Source: Trichosphaerium sp. ATCC 40318 (taxonomy: Eukaryota; Protista; Tubulinea). From it: a DNA stretch of 64,000 bases. The DNA is taken from assembly GCA_038496445.1 (NCBI GenBank), contig JALMLS010000322.1, positions 806,001-870,000 of the forward strand. Direction: 5' to 3'. The translations under genes and the position numbers were made by a program. Shown here piece by piece: positions 1-13,231 of the stretch. Each line of letters opens with the position of its first letter. Position 1 is the first letter of the stretch. Below the pieces are notes generated by a model. The model worked only from the letters and a program-made list of their open reading frames with translations. It had not been told where the DNA came from and searched no databases.

Positions 1-3000
1 GGCGGTTGCGATCCATACGCAAGCGATTTGACGATTTTCACCTCAGTACCTGGTTCTCCGAGTCAAGTGAGAATGGCTTTGAATGCAGGTGAACTTGTTT
101 GGAGAAGTAGTACGTGTTTTTGTGTTTGTAGTTTGTGCAGTAAGCGTACAATCGTCTGTGTCACAAATCTTGCGTACTCGCAGCTCTCGTTCTTATTTTT
201 TATGATAGCCACTGGTGGTGATCAATCTCGATTTCGACCAGTTATATCAGAAGAACGTGGTTATAATCAACCCACAATAGACTTTGCTGAAGGAGGACAA
301 GCTACTAATACGTTCAATGAGATTTTCTTCAGTTATACCATACCCTCTCTACCTCGCACAATCAGTACGTAGACACAAGAACCATAGTTATCAGATAAAA
401 AGACCACAGTTGTTTTAAAGTCATTTGTTGTTGTGTACACCTCTTTTCTGATTATTTCCAAAAAAACCAGATTCTCTTGCTCTTAAAATCTGCCTGGCGT
501 CTGGTACCTTTAGAGGAGTACGTGACGATGATTTTAGGATAAAGACGTTTTTAACAATTGATAATGGATTTGATTGCCAACAATCATACTCTGCACCAGG
601 TAGTAGCAATCCAAATCATCCTACGTTCAATGTACGTAAACACGCACGTGAAAAACCCTAAAAAACCAATCTGTTGGATTGTGGAATGTACGCATTGCTA
701 ATACCCTTCATAGAGTACTACAATGAGGGGCTATGCATCTGGTTTAGAGTCGAGTTGCATGACATTAGAAAGTTGGACAGTAGCGGAAATAAGTTCAATC
801 AATTCACTGTCAAAGCTTGAACTACTTTTGTTGCCTTCCATATTCGATCCTTTCCATGATACCTGCAGACTGAACGGTAATTGCCAACTAGAGAATAATT
901 TTGCTGCAGACTCTTGGGATTTTACTAACCTAGATTCATGGGTACGGCACTGTCAGCGATCACGTTTTGAACAATATTTGAACTTTACTTTTTTGCAACA
1001 AAACTTTGGAGACGCAAGTCCTTTAAGGTTATTGTTAGGTTTCTTTATTGTTTATTGTTGAAATAATACTAAGCATTTTTATTAAGGAATTAACAAGAAG
1101 TCAATCAGTTCTTATCGTTGATTACAGTACGAAGTGTTTTGTGATTTTCTATATTTCTTTTTTTCGTCAATTCCTTTTATTTGGTGGATCCTTTTTTGTT
1201 TACTGAACCTAGCTTGTGATTCTGGATATGCTGGACCTGATTGTGAAGATATTAAAGAGTGTACAGATATGACAGATAAGTAAGATCTCACGGTTTAGTA
1301 GAATAACAACTAACTCAATTGTCTTTCAAAAAAATAGCTGCGATAGGGCAAAGAATGTTGTATGTATTGAAGAAGAAGGAAGCTTTAGCTGTGGAACATG
1401 TCCACCTCCTTATATACAAAATCCTGGCTTTCCAACTGGAACTAACTGCTCAGGTACTTGTCTTTAGTCAATACGTTGTTTGTAGTTAAAAAGAGTTGTA
1501 GAATGTGATAGTGGGTTCACTGGAAACGGTGTAACTTGCGAAAACATAAACGAGTGCCAAGTAGGTACTCCATGTGGATCTTTGTACGTGATCAGTTTTT
1601 TATTGTAATTTTAAGAAAATGCTTATTGTACTGGATTTAGGGCTGAGTGTTCTGATACTGATGGATCTTTTGATTGTAATTGTATCACCGGGTATACGAG
1701 AAATACTTCCGTTGTTCCGTTTAACCCAACGACATCTTGTATCAGTACGTGTTCTAGTGGTTTTTTTAAAATGTGGATTTTGTTTATTAAATTCTATTTG
1801 CGTAGATGTAAACGAGTGTGCTGCTAGTACTAGCCCTTGTCCACCTCAAAGCAACTGTACAGATACAATTGGAAGTTTTGAATGTAATTGTATTGATGGA
1901 TATGAAGCACAATCAACTGCATGTGTCAGTACGTATTGACTACCATTGTTGTACACTTATTCTCATACCATTATTTTTACAGATATCAACGAATGTTCTA
2001 CTTCACCATGTGATGCTACAGCGATTTGTGAAGGTACTGCGATTCTTGATATAATACTAAGATAACAACTATTGTTCTAGATAAAAGTCCTCATCTCGAT
2101 GGTGTTAAGTTCATTTGTGTTTGTCCAGAAGGTTGGATTGATGGTGTACCTTGTATACGTATGTCAATCAAGCTTCATTACAAGCTTTAAAATTGTATAC
2201 TCATATTGTTCTAGCTGATTCTGGATCTCTGGAATCTCTACCGAATCAACAGAACACACTGGTAAGGCTCCATTATTAAACAAACACGATTTTATTTACA
2301 AAGTTATGCTAGGAAGTTGGCAAACTTTTTGAGTATCGTATAACTGTGGCTGTAGATCCAGGTCCAATGAATACTTCATCAGCCGGTATGTGGGACTCTA
2401 TTTTTATCACTTAAAGCTCTTATTGAAGTATCTAGATGACATGGAGCTCAGTGTGTCTGGCGCAAGCTTTCTTACAATTGCCAAAGAATCGACAAAAAGA
2501 AGTGTTGAGGTATGCTTTTTGTGCTTCGCATCAACCTCACTGGAAATTAAATAGGCTCTTACAAGTCAAGCAACTTGGGTTGTATCTGGTACACCAACAG
2601 TTGGAGATGTAGGAACGTATAGCATAGCAATAACATCAAACAACACAAAAGTCACAACACCAGTTTCGACTATTCAATTTGCGCTTTTTGTAAGCCCACC
2701 AGTCATCATTACAGACGCACCTACTACACAATCTCCTACAAATGCGCCTACAACCATAGCACCTACGACTTTGGTGCCTACAGTAACTGTAGCACCTTTT
2801 GTTCCAACAGCAGCAAACGTTGGTGGAGGACCTCAAGAGTCTTCTGGAGCTACTTTGTTTATTATTATTGGAGCTGCTGCAGGAGCGTTTCTGATACTTC
2901 TTGTTCTGGTTATTATTATCATTGTCTTTGTTGTTAAGAGGCGCAACAATCATAGAGATAGTACTCTTGCTATTCCTCTTAACGTTAAATTGGATAATGT

Positions 3001-4628
3001 TGACACAACACAGTTTATAAAACTTGCTGATTTGAAACTTATCAGGGAACTTGGAAGCGGTGTACGTCTTTTGTGCTTTTGTATTTCTTTTGGCTGTTGG
3101 CTTACCACTATTGTTAGGCTTTTGGTACAGTGTTTTATGGCCGCTATAGAAATGAAGAAGTAGCTGTTAAGGTTGCTACGTCTGTTTCTGGAGCACAATT
3201 AGAGGATTTTCTTCGTGAAGCTGAAATTATGAACTCTTTACCTCCACATGAAAATCTTGTACAACTTTTCGGTATTGGTCTAAGAGAAGGCAGTCCTATA
3301 ATTGTTCTTCGCTTCTATGCAGGCGGTAAGTGATATATGATGTAGTAAGGGTTTACTAAAGTCTCTATCTATAGGTTCTCTTGACAAGATGCTTGCTGAT
3401 CCTGATGTTACAGTTCTTCACACGCAACAAGTTCAATGGGCAACAGACATAGCCATGGGTATGCACCACTTGCATAAGCATCATTTCATACACAGAGATC
3501 TAGCAACTAGAAACGTCATGGTATGTCTTACATAGCCTTCATTCTTGTTTTCTCGTCTTATTCTTTTATGTAGCTTGACCAGGATCAAAGAGCTATTGTT
3601 GCAGGTACCAACAACTAATACGTGAAACGTTTGAGTTTATTTCTTGTTAGATTTTGGCATGACACGTCAAGTCGAAGAGGTTGCTTTAACTAATGAGACC
3701 AAGAATGCCTTTGGACCAATCCCTTGGATGTCCCCCGAGAATATGACTTCAGAATATTCTGCCTTTTCGGATGTTTGGTCTTACGGAGTAACACGTGCGA
3801 TTGATTTTTATGACAAACTGTTTTTTTTTTTTTTTGGTTTGTGATGTTGCTTTATTTTTACTAACCTTGTTTTTGAAGTATGGGAGATATGTTATAGAGA
3901 ATTACCACATAGAAATGTTGATCTTACTGATTTGGCTATTGATATTAGAGATAACGTACATACTTTTTGTGGATAGCAAGAATTCTGATATTCTGTTTTT
4001 TTTTGTTCAGGGTAAAACGCTTGATATTGGTGCTCAAAATGACTGGGCTCATCCATTAGTACATATTGCTAAGGTACTAAATAATAATCACTATAAAAAA
4101 TTCTTATTCTTAAAGGCATGTTGGAGCTTTGAACCCGAAGACAGAGTCTCATTTTCAGAGGTACTTTCACAGAATTTTTTTTTGTGTTTTTGAATCTTTC
4201 GTCTTCTTTCTACAACTTATTGCTTACATCATTGCTTCCAGATTATTGCCGCATTAAAACACGCCAAATCATTCCCTACTAATGATATTAATGCATTCAT
4301 GGATACACTTAAGAAAGAGCGTTCAAGCGGACCTGTCGCTTATACAAACTTGGATGATCAATCATCTATAAATCCAACCATGAAGCTAAAGTCAAAGCCA
4401 ACGGCTAATGATGATCCTACTGTGTACACTGGTATTGGTTTAGATGGTTTAACAGCTAAGGTTCCACCTGATCTTGAGCTTCATACTAGAAATGACACTG
4501 ATGAGGAAGATGCATACGGCGATTTTGATGAACCTATGAGAGCTGTACCGTCACCTGAAGACGGTGATGCTCCACCTTCAAGAGCTGTACCAGACGTAGC
4601 TCCTAGTAGAGCACCACCACAGCTTTAA
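1..4628 (+). CDS. Multi-exon receptor protein kinase (tyrosine-kinase/TKL type): Ca-binding EGF repeats, Ig/He_PIG-like domain, Thr/Pro stalk, single TM helix, kinase domain; 5' end probably lies outside the window
   Basis: Exons encode EGF-Ca motifs (DVNECAASTSPCPPQSNCTDTIGSFECNCIDGY; NINEC; DINEC), SGTPTVGDVGTYSIAIT, TM LFIIIGAAAGAFLILLVLVIIIIVFVV-KRR, and kinase motifs LGSG|AFG, VAVK, HRDLATRN, DFG, GPIPWMSPE, SDVWSYGV, CW-x5-R. Stop at 4626-4628. Confidence 0.9.
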
Positions 4629-5185
4629 TAGATTTCTTAAAATAGTGTAGCTTTGGAAGACGCAAATAAATGTAATTTATAACAAAGTATGAGTATTAGT
4701 TTTCTCTCCGACTAAGTTAAACCAAAAAATTCAAAAAAAAAAAGCTGTGTAAGGCTTGGAGTAGTTGTTTTGTAGCAATTACACAAATTATATATGTTCG
4801 CAGTGAAACCCGACCTTTTGGACTAGCGATTCCAGAGTGCCGTCTACTTTTTTCGTCGGACTTAGAAACTAAAGTTGAAAATAGTACTTAAGTGGCTAAA
4901 AGGGTGTATTACACCAAATCAGATATGTGGCCACACATGCTAGTGACAGTGAAACTCCAAAAAATACAATTCTAGCCGCGTCTATGTAGGTTGGTTCGGC
5001 ATGTTGATGATTCCTACCTTGCTAGCTGCTACCGCTTGCTTCATCATCGTCTTCATCGCTGTTCCCGTGGACATCGACGGTCAAAAAAAAGTCGAGTTGA
5101 GTCAGACCGTTAACAGTACTAGTTGAAAATCAAAGAATAACATGTATCACAAGAGGTATTTACTGTTGCTAACGTTTATTTATAG

Positions 5186-6245
5186 CTACAGACAAAATAA
5201 CAATACTACAGTTGAAACAAGAAGAGTAATTGACTTGATATTCATCTTTCTTGACGAAGAACTTCCTGCCACAGGAGCAGTTGGTTGTATTGTTGAACTT
5301 GGCATAGTTGGTGCTACAGTTGTCGGTTGTACTGATATTGGAACTGTAGGACCTTCAGTCGTTGGTGTTGTTGTTGGAGACTCTGTTGTGGGTGAAGCTA
5401 TAGTTGGTGAAGTAGTCGTTGGTGCTGTTGTAGGAGATTCTGTTGTAGGAGAAGCTGTAGTAGGCGGAGCAGTTGATGGTGGTGGAGGAGATGGTACACT
5501 AAACACAGCTATATACGTTCCCGGAGTAAATGCATGTCCTGGATTTCTCCAACTACAACACTGCATAAGTACACTAACTGTTAATTGATTTTGTGCAAGG
5601 TACCTGAATGATGTTGGACTAATGAAAGTTATGGTATCGGGAGACGTACTAAAATTGGAAGAAACCAAAGAAAACCCTTTTGAAAACACGTGTTAGAGAT
5701 AGATGTGACAAGTAAAAACAAAAATCATAAACAAGAAGTTTGCTGTGCTATTACCTCCAATAACTGGTTGATCCAAGATACACTCCACTGTGGAAGTTAA
5801 AGTGTTGGTCGTAATAGTGGTTTGCACCACTTTGTAGGTAACTGTATTTGTGTTTAAGTCCAAAGAAACGCTTCCAACAACATACTCCGGAGATGTAGCA
5901 TTAACAATAAAGTTAGGGTTGTTTGGTTCCATTGAATTAACAAAAAAGTCTTGTCCCATAAAGTTAGTGTGATTACACCTTCCGGAATCGCCTACACCTG
6001 ATAGATATACGTTAATATTGGATACAAGCAAGATATTACGCGTGTTGCTCTATTTTTAATGTTTTTTCTTTGTTTTTGTTTGATTCTCGCTTAGAAACTA
6101 TAAAACGAAGAATAAACGAGCGTATAGACATTGCAAACGGAGTTTTAGAAACAATCAAGGCAATTGCCTCAAAGAGTCTGTTCTACGTACTCAATGCAAG
6201 CGATAGAGTAAACAAAGTGCAAAATAGAATAGTTGCTTTGATCAT
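5186..6245 (-). CDS. Secreted/cell-surface protein with Ser/Thr/Pro mucin-like stalk and hydrophobic C-terminus (probable GPI anchor)
   Basis: ATG at 6245 gives signal peptide MIKATILFCTLFTLSLAL followed by a GTACGT donor; last exon has (S/A)PTT(E/A) repeats and ends SSSRKMNIKSITLLVSTVVLLFCL*. Confidence 0.75.
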
Positions 6246-7098
6246 GGAAGTAGAATGAGTAGTAATTGTTTTGTGCGTCAGAATTTCGTTGTTGGTCTTC
6301 GGTTTTTGTGTCAACGTCAGTTATTCAGATAATTCGTAGTTTGTGCATACAAACAAGGCACAAATAGGTCTACCGGTAGCGCCCTAGAAGGTATCGCCTA
6401 GAACAGAACGTTTCGACACTCGTGGGTCAACACATTACGCAGAAAATAGAAAATCGGTTTTGTAGGATTTGAGAAACTAATTGTGTTCCCTCCATAAACG
6501 CGTAACAAGTCCACATGTATAAATAGCTGTAAGATTATAGCTATTTTGGCAATCAATTACTGTTCGGAACTAGATCATCAATTGTGCTTTTCACAGAAAG
6601 CTGAGCAACGTTCTAGTGCTCTTTTGGTATCATTATAAGTAAGTAGATGTATTTACAAGTGGTTGTTGGGTGCGGTGAGACAAGTCCAGTGAGTATCTTT
6701 GATTTGGGTTTGATTTTGGGTCAAGCAAACTATTTTTGGTTCATCTCCATTTTGCAATACCACCGTAAGGTACATGGAGAAATACACAGCTTTTTTCTCG
6801 GATCATGGCAAGAAAGTATTATGTAGCGAAAATATTGAAGATGCCGTCTCCATAATATGCTTGAAGATTGATACTTTCAAGGTGTACCATAGCGTCAAAT
6901 ACGTTCTCTGGTGCTCCTGTACATAGTTCACTGCAAACAAAAGTGTCGAAGTATGATACAAAACGGAGTATAAAAGCCATTAGGACTTTTATTCTTATGC
7001 TATACTTGCCTATTTACAATTTTAATAAGAAGTTTTACCAGAGGCAAGATCAACAACTAATTCTAATATTCTTTATTTTTTTCTTTCTACAAATAGTT

Positions 7099-8421
7099 TT
7101 AAATACCAACAACAGGTACACATGGCTTATACAATTCACAGTCATACACTAAAGTATGTGAATCAACACAGCACAAGTCAACATCATTTCCTCCGTAAAC
7201 CCTGCTTGTATCACCTCTTTCAAGTCCAACAAAATTAGCAGCGTAGACATCATCTGCATCATTACCACCTGATACACCGCTTCTTGGATATTCTGCTGAA
7301 ACTCGAGTATTGTAGTTGTTGGCACTAACTCTATCTCTACCATCACTTCCATTGACGTGAATGAACTGGTAGTCATCAACGATAACACAATCGTCACCAG
7401 CTCCGCCTATTGAACAGTCAGATTTTGATAAATAAGCAACGGAAGGCTTACCATCAATATTCTTAGCAGCACCGTATGCTATATCTATGCAATCTCTGCC
7501 ATCGCCTGCTAGTATATCTTGTACATCATTGAACCACGCATCTCGCGCCTGACGCTTTGAATTTCCGGAAATACGTTCAATAAGTGGTACACGTTCAAAG
7601 GAAGGTTCGCCTATTGTGAGATGTTTAGTACTGAGAATACTAGTGGCTGTTCAATGTACCTATGCTCTTCTTAGTGAAGCCTTCAGGCTTCATGATTATG
7701 CAATCATTACCGCTACCACTATCAATGGTACCGCTAAGCAACGTTAAGAAATAATTCGCAAATCGTGAAGTAAAACTTACTGAGAATAGAGTCCGTTCGC
7801 TTTCAAGTAATCTCTACCAGCTCCAAGGCTGATATCATTCACAAATGATTGATCAATATGAACACAATCTTTGCCATTACCTACAGAGTATTAAAAAGAT
7901 ATTCGAGATAGAAAAAGTCTTTCTACGAGCCTGTTGTAACATCATCAATTTCTACAGCATTGCCGATTGAAACAAAGTCGTTGCCGTTTCCCAAATCGAA
8001 CCTTCCAAGAATCCTCGCACGTGCCTCGATTTTAATACAATCGGCACCATCAGTACCCAGGATATCACCACCAATTACAACGTCTTCAGCAATGATCAAA
8101 CATTGTTGTCTAAACGTTACTAAACAAAATCAAGTTAGTTCATTTAACTTGTCAACTTAACAAGCGTAGGCTATTGACCTATATTACGTACAAGCTGAGC
8201 TACGAACAATAGTTAAGCATTGGGACGAATTGAAGAGCCTCTCACAAAAAAGGCTTGGAGCACAAGGGGCACTGCAGTGCTCGCACGTGGAGCATACTTC
8301 TTGAGCAGCAACAACTAGGTAAACGTAAGAACAAGATCAAGAGTTCTGTTGTCGCTGCCTATTACTACGTACAAGCTAGAATCATGAATAACACTATAGT
8401 AACTGAACGTGAAGGCGTCAT
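7099..8421 (-). CDS. Multi-exon secreted protein with Cys-rich termini and RTX/hemolysin-type Ca-binding-like GxxGxD repeats
   Basis: Signal peptide MTPSRSVTIVLFMILA; spliced exons give GTDGADCIKI, LGNGNDFVSI, GNGKDCVHI, LGAGRDYLK, GSGNDCIIM, AGDGRDCIDI, GGAGDDCVIV, GSDGRDRVSA, GGNDADDVYA, GGNDVDLCCV; stop TAA at 7099-7101. Confidence 0.7.
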
Positions 8422-9051
8422 TGTGCTAACAGGTATGAGATGATAATTCTTTGCACTTAAGGTGCTTTGAGATTAAGGTACGTACACACAGAAATTCCAC
8501 CAGATTTTCCGAAAACACCTTTAAGGTGTCATTAGTGTTTACCGTAGAAATCTCGTACCCAATCGTTGTATACCTCTAACGGTGAGGGAGATATCTCAAC
8601 TATAGCGTGATAATACTACGAAGGTTACATAGAGAAGATTGTGCTTTAACAATAAAAGGAAAGGCTACAAGAGCATTTACAGCGTGATTTTTTTATTTAC
8701 CAAAAACAGAATTCTTTGATTCCAAATTACGAGATTTATGCTATCTGAAATTCTGAGATAATTCGTGATCACAACAGTAAAAGGTAAAGGAGATTAATAT
8801 AGGATTTTAAGTGACGTCATGTTATAAAGAGGCTGTTGATTTTATCCGAAATATGAACATGTAGACATGCGTAGATCATTCTTTGGAAATCCTTGTGTCT
8901 CAAATTTCTTCGTAGGTGATCACAAAAAAGCTTTGTGATCTTTCAAGGTAAATCCCAAGCATTTTTCAGAAAATCTCAATCAACCTTTAAAATTAAAAAT
9001 CACGTGACAATAACCCTTTGTGTCCGGTCTGTAGTTTATTTGTAACAATAG

Positions 9052-9789
9052 TTAAGCCAATTTAAACTTTTTGATTACATTAACCTTATCAATACGATTG
9101 TACCAATCATTTTCAACAAACTCAACTTCATCAACAAGAACACTTCCAAAATCATAAGTTTTATACTCATCTACCTTATCCAATAATCGTTTTTTTATAT
9201 TTTCATCAAGAATAGTATTAAACCTTACTACTGTACAATGTGCCGTCTTTTGTACATAACGTTTATCAATGCTTTGTTCCAAAGAAGAATTTTTGAAGTT
9301 TTTTCTTAACTTGTTCCTCAGATTTCTTAATTTGTCATCATAGACATACCCTTTTATAAGCACAGCAGAATTAGATAATACTACACCTTTGAAATGAACA
9401 TTAATAGGCGTTGAATCTTGAAAACACGAATCGATTTTTTTCTCGTATTTCGGTATGTCGTCTTTGTTATTCATGTTAAACCCACTACGACATGATATTA
9501 TGGTTAACAGTGTCACGTGCATATCGCCCTGAGGGTAATAATACTGTTCAGGTGAGATTTTACGCAATTCGTTCAAAAACCGCTCAATACTGCTTGTTAT
9601 GGTAATATTTGGACGTAAAATTAGTGTTAATCCACGTCTATCATCTTTTTTCGCTTTAATCATTTCATCTACCTTAAAACCATTGGTATTGATGTATTCC
9701 GTAGCCTCTCTATGCATCCTGTCGTAGTGCGCTTCCATTGTGACAAAAGGGGTTGTGTTGAAAAATAACATCCTACTTTGATCAAACAT
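9052..9789 (-). CDS. Intronless 2H-phosphoesterase (2'-5' RNA ligase-like; bacterial 'mutarotase'-annotated family); true start may be Met at 9738
   Basis: Two HxT motifs (MHVTLL, AHCTVV); DDRRGLTLILRP, QYYYP and C-terminal NDWY segments as recalled for this bacterial family. Confidence 0.8.
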   Translation of the reverse strand: MFDQSRMLFFNTTPFVTMEAHYDRMHREATEYINTNGFKVDEMIKAKKDDRRGLTLILRPNITITSSIERFLNELRKISPEQYYYPQGDMHVTLLTIISCRSGFNMNNKDDIPKYEKKIDSCFQDSTPINVHFKGVVLSNSAVLIKGYVYDDKLRNLRNKLRKNFKNSSLEQSIDKRYVQKTAHCTVVRFNTILDENIKKRLLDKVDEYKTYDFGSVLVDEVEFVENDWYNRIDKVNVIKKFKLA

Positions 9790-10343
9790 TTCATTGAAAA
9801 AGATCAGCGAATCTTCAACTCGTCCTTACTGAGAATTTCAAGTCAAATTCATTGTGTAATTGCTTTTAGCGTAAGTGAAGGCAAGATGGTTACGAGAGCG
9901 CTTGCAACGCTTAGAATTACGTTCATTCTCAAACTATTTTAGCTTCCTTACAATGCAAACTGCACTAGACCTATTTTCTTATTTACTTTCATTTTTTTAA
10001 CAGGGTGCGTTTACACAATAATCGATCATCTCGCGTTGGCGTTGCTACTATTGATAACAACGAAGTTCTGGTACCACAATACTAAAATGCCAGTCGCAAC
10101 CCACGTGCTTGCGCACCCAAAAATTTCCCGGCATCATTCACCGCAACTCTAATTTTCCCTGGACCCATATGAGTTCTGTAAGCCAAACCTACTCTGAGGA
10201 GTAGGCCCTGGACTAGGCCAAAACAGGACAATATTAATTTACAGACGGTCAACCGCATTAAAAAATACACCGGAATTCCGTGAACATTACCTCTAGTTAG
10301 CCTTTCTGACTTCACTGCAAGGTTAAATACTAGCGAATAAATC

Positions 10344-13173
10344 ATGAGTAAATCAATGGAAGAACTGGGTGTTAACAAAGAGTCAAACGGAAATCCAATA
10401 CAAATAGTATACACTGATGTTGATTACAATGTCCCTAAACCTGAAACCGGGATAAAAGCGCTAGTTCCATGCTTCTCCAACAAAGCAAAGGAACGAATAA
10501 ACATTATAAACAATATTTCTGGCGTTGTAGAACCCGGTGATATGACAGCAATCCTTGGACCAAGCGGTACGCTTGCAGTTTGTAGAGTTTTCCTTCGTTG
10601 TTTTTGCTAGCCCAGGTTCGTAGTCTGACTATTTGTAAGGTTCTGGCAAAACAACAATGCTTAACATCTTATCTGGACGTATACCAAAGAAAGACTACTC
10701 GGGTTCTGTAACCTACAACGGAGTCAGAGCATCAGCACTCAAATTTAAAAGATATATTGGTTATGTTCCACAGGTACAACAGCACTTCCCTATGTGCTCT
10801 TTCGAGATGACTCTTACCCATCTAAAGATATTAATCTAGGATGATATCCTTGCTGGAGCGCTTACAGTGACCGAGACTATGCAGTTTGTAGCGGATCTTC
10901 AATTGCCTCATTTTACAAAGGCAAAACGTGATGCTATTGTAAATAACACTATAGACGAGCTTGGTCTACGAAAGTGTAGTAAAACTTATGTTGAATACGT
11001 AGGAGAAGGTTGGTTGTTACGAAAAAACGTTTTTTGATTATACTCACATCTATTTATAGATGCCCTGAACTCAGGTATCAAGCGAGGTATATCTGGTGGC
11101 GAAAGAAAAAGATTAAGCGTAGGCCTTGAACTCATTAAAAACCCTGCAGTGTTATTTCTTGATGAACCGACTACTGGTCTAGATGCTTTTTCGGCTTTAA
11201 GTGTCATCAAAACGCTACAAAGATTAGGTACTCAACAATTCGGCTTTTTTTCTTAGTATTTTTACCAATCGGCTATTTATACTTCTGTAGCACAGAAAGG
11301 AAAGACTATTGTGTTCACTATTCATCAACCTTCTTCAGAAATAATGAGTCTATTTGATAATATTTTGCTCATAAGTAGAGGTACAGGTGCCGTTTGAAAA
11401 ACAGACCACGTCTTAACCTTATCGCAGGTTATACTGTTTACAATGGTAAATACGATATGGCTCTGAGCTATTTCAAGAGTATCGGTTATGAGTGCCCTAA
11501 GCATGAAGATCCAGGGGATTATTTTTGTGCGAACCATCAAACAACTACAAGTGATACTCACCGCTTTGTCAGTAAGATGCTGCCAAGATCCTAAAGCCAA
11601 ACTAAAAAATACAATTACTGGGACTCTAGATAGCAATCAACTTACAATAGGCGAAGAAGATGACGTAACACAGAAACTAGCACATGTTCAATCTATGGGT
11701 CAATTGTTTGACCAATCTACATACGTACGTTGAACAAGTTAGGAACATGTTCGAAACATAATTCGGAATCAGAAACAGAAGAGTTTAAATAAAGAAACAA
11801 CTCCAGCGAAACTGGATACAAGTGATTCAAGTAGACAATCGAGCATATATAATCAAGTCTACAACCTCTTGAAGAAGAATTTCCGTAACTTGGCTCGAGA
11901 ACCGAACGCCACACGTGGTTCACTTATGCAGGTAACGTCTTATTTGCGTTTTTTTGGTTTCACTCAAACTTACTCTTTACTCTAGTTTGTTGTCATTGCT
12001 GTTGTAGTGGGTCTTATTTATCTTCGCATGGACTATACTAATACAACAGCTACTCAAGATCGTACTGGATCTCTTTTCTTCAGTGCTATCTTCCTAGTTA
12101 TGATGGGCTTTCTACTACCGTTTAACAGCTGTAAGTCTGCCGAAAATCCTCAGTACTAACATCTAAGCTTAGTTGCCACTGAGAGTAAGGTATTTATGAG
12201 AGACTACTTTGCGGATTTATACGGGACGCCGGCATACTACTTTGGTTGTTACTGATAAACACGTGTTATATGTTAACCTTATTGTAGGAAAAGTGATTAC
12301 TGAAAGCGTTGTGTTTGTTGCCCTGGTTATGATTTACAAGTACAACAAGATTACTCTCCGCAGTATATTTAATATTACGTTCTAGTTGTATCTTCTATTG
12401 GATGGTTGGATATAAGGCTTCAGTCGAGGCATTCTTTATATTTTGTTTGATAGCGATACTAATTAACAACGTACAATCCAATCTCATGTTTTATGAAATC
12501 ACAACCAGTAACTTAACCTAGACTTCTATCGCATTCGGTACACTTATCATTGTGGTATTTCCAAATCCAGCAGTTGCTTTAACTGTACTCCCATTGATAT
12601 TCATACCCTTAATGGTACAAAAGCTCTAAAGTAAGTTTTCGATTGTAACTTTGTTTGTTAGATGTTCTCTGGATTTTACCTTGACAATGACTCTGCTCCT
12701 GTGTATTTCATATGGGTTGAGTAAGGTTATAAATAATTCAACAATAATAACAACACATTAGACATTTATCATTCATGAAGTACGGATTCCGTGCATTTAT
12801 GAGAAATGAGGTACGCTTACACTCAAACTGAATACAACTAATCCAAACGCAGTTTAATGATCAATCGTTTTACTGTACTCAAGAGGAGATAAATAACTCG
12901 GGTGGCGTGTGCCCATTCGAAGGATCAAACGCAGGTGAACAGATTCTCGATTCGTTCAGCATGTTGGGTACAAAACTTTTCAATAAGATTTTCTGAGTTC
13001 CACGTTTTTGTTTTACGAAACTTAGAATGATACATACTACCTACTTATCAGCTGTAGGCGTATCTAGCTTATGGATAGACGTTGCCATATTGTGTGGATT
13101 CTTAGTTTTTTTCCATTCGTTGGCTCTTGTAATTCTTGTATTCAAAGCAAGGAGGCAAAATATGAGAGGATGA
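10344..13173 (+). CDS. ABCG (White-type) half transporter, multi-exon
   Basis: Walker A GPSG|SGKTT, YVPQ|DD, signature [29 protein letters not shown], followed by the ABC2 membrane domain ([20 protein letters not shown]). Confidence 0.93.
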
Positions 13174-13231
13174 AAAAGCTAAAAAATATACATACTAATC
13201 AAAAAGTATTGAAACTTCACTTTTATTCTTA

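Noticed and set aside
5142-5588. Val/Gly-rich plus-strand ORF
   Set aside because: Antisense shadow of the Pro/Thr stalk of the minus-strand surface protein.
6300-7000. Short minus-strand frame with LRR-like PENVFDAMVHLESINL, and similar decayed coding-like sequence at about 26000-26500
   Set aside because: Too short and interrupted by stops; cannot support a pseudogene call.
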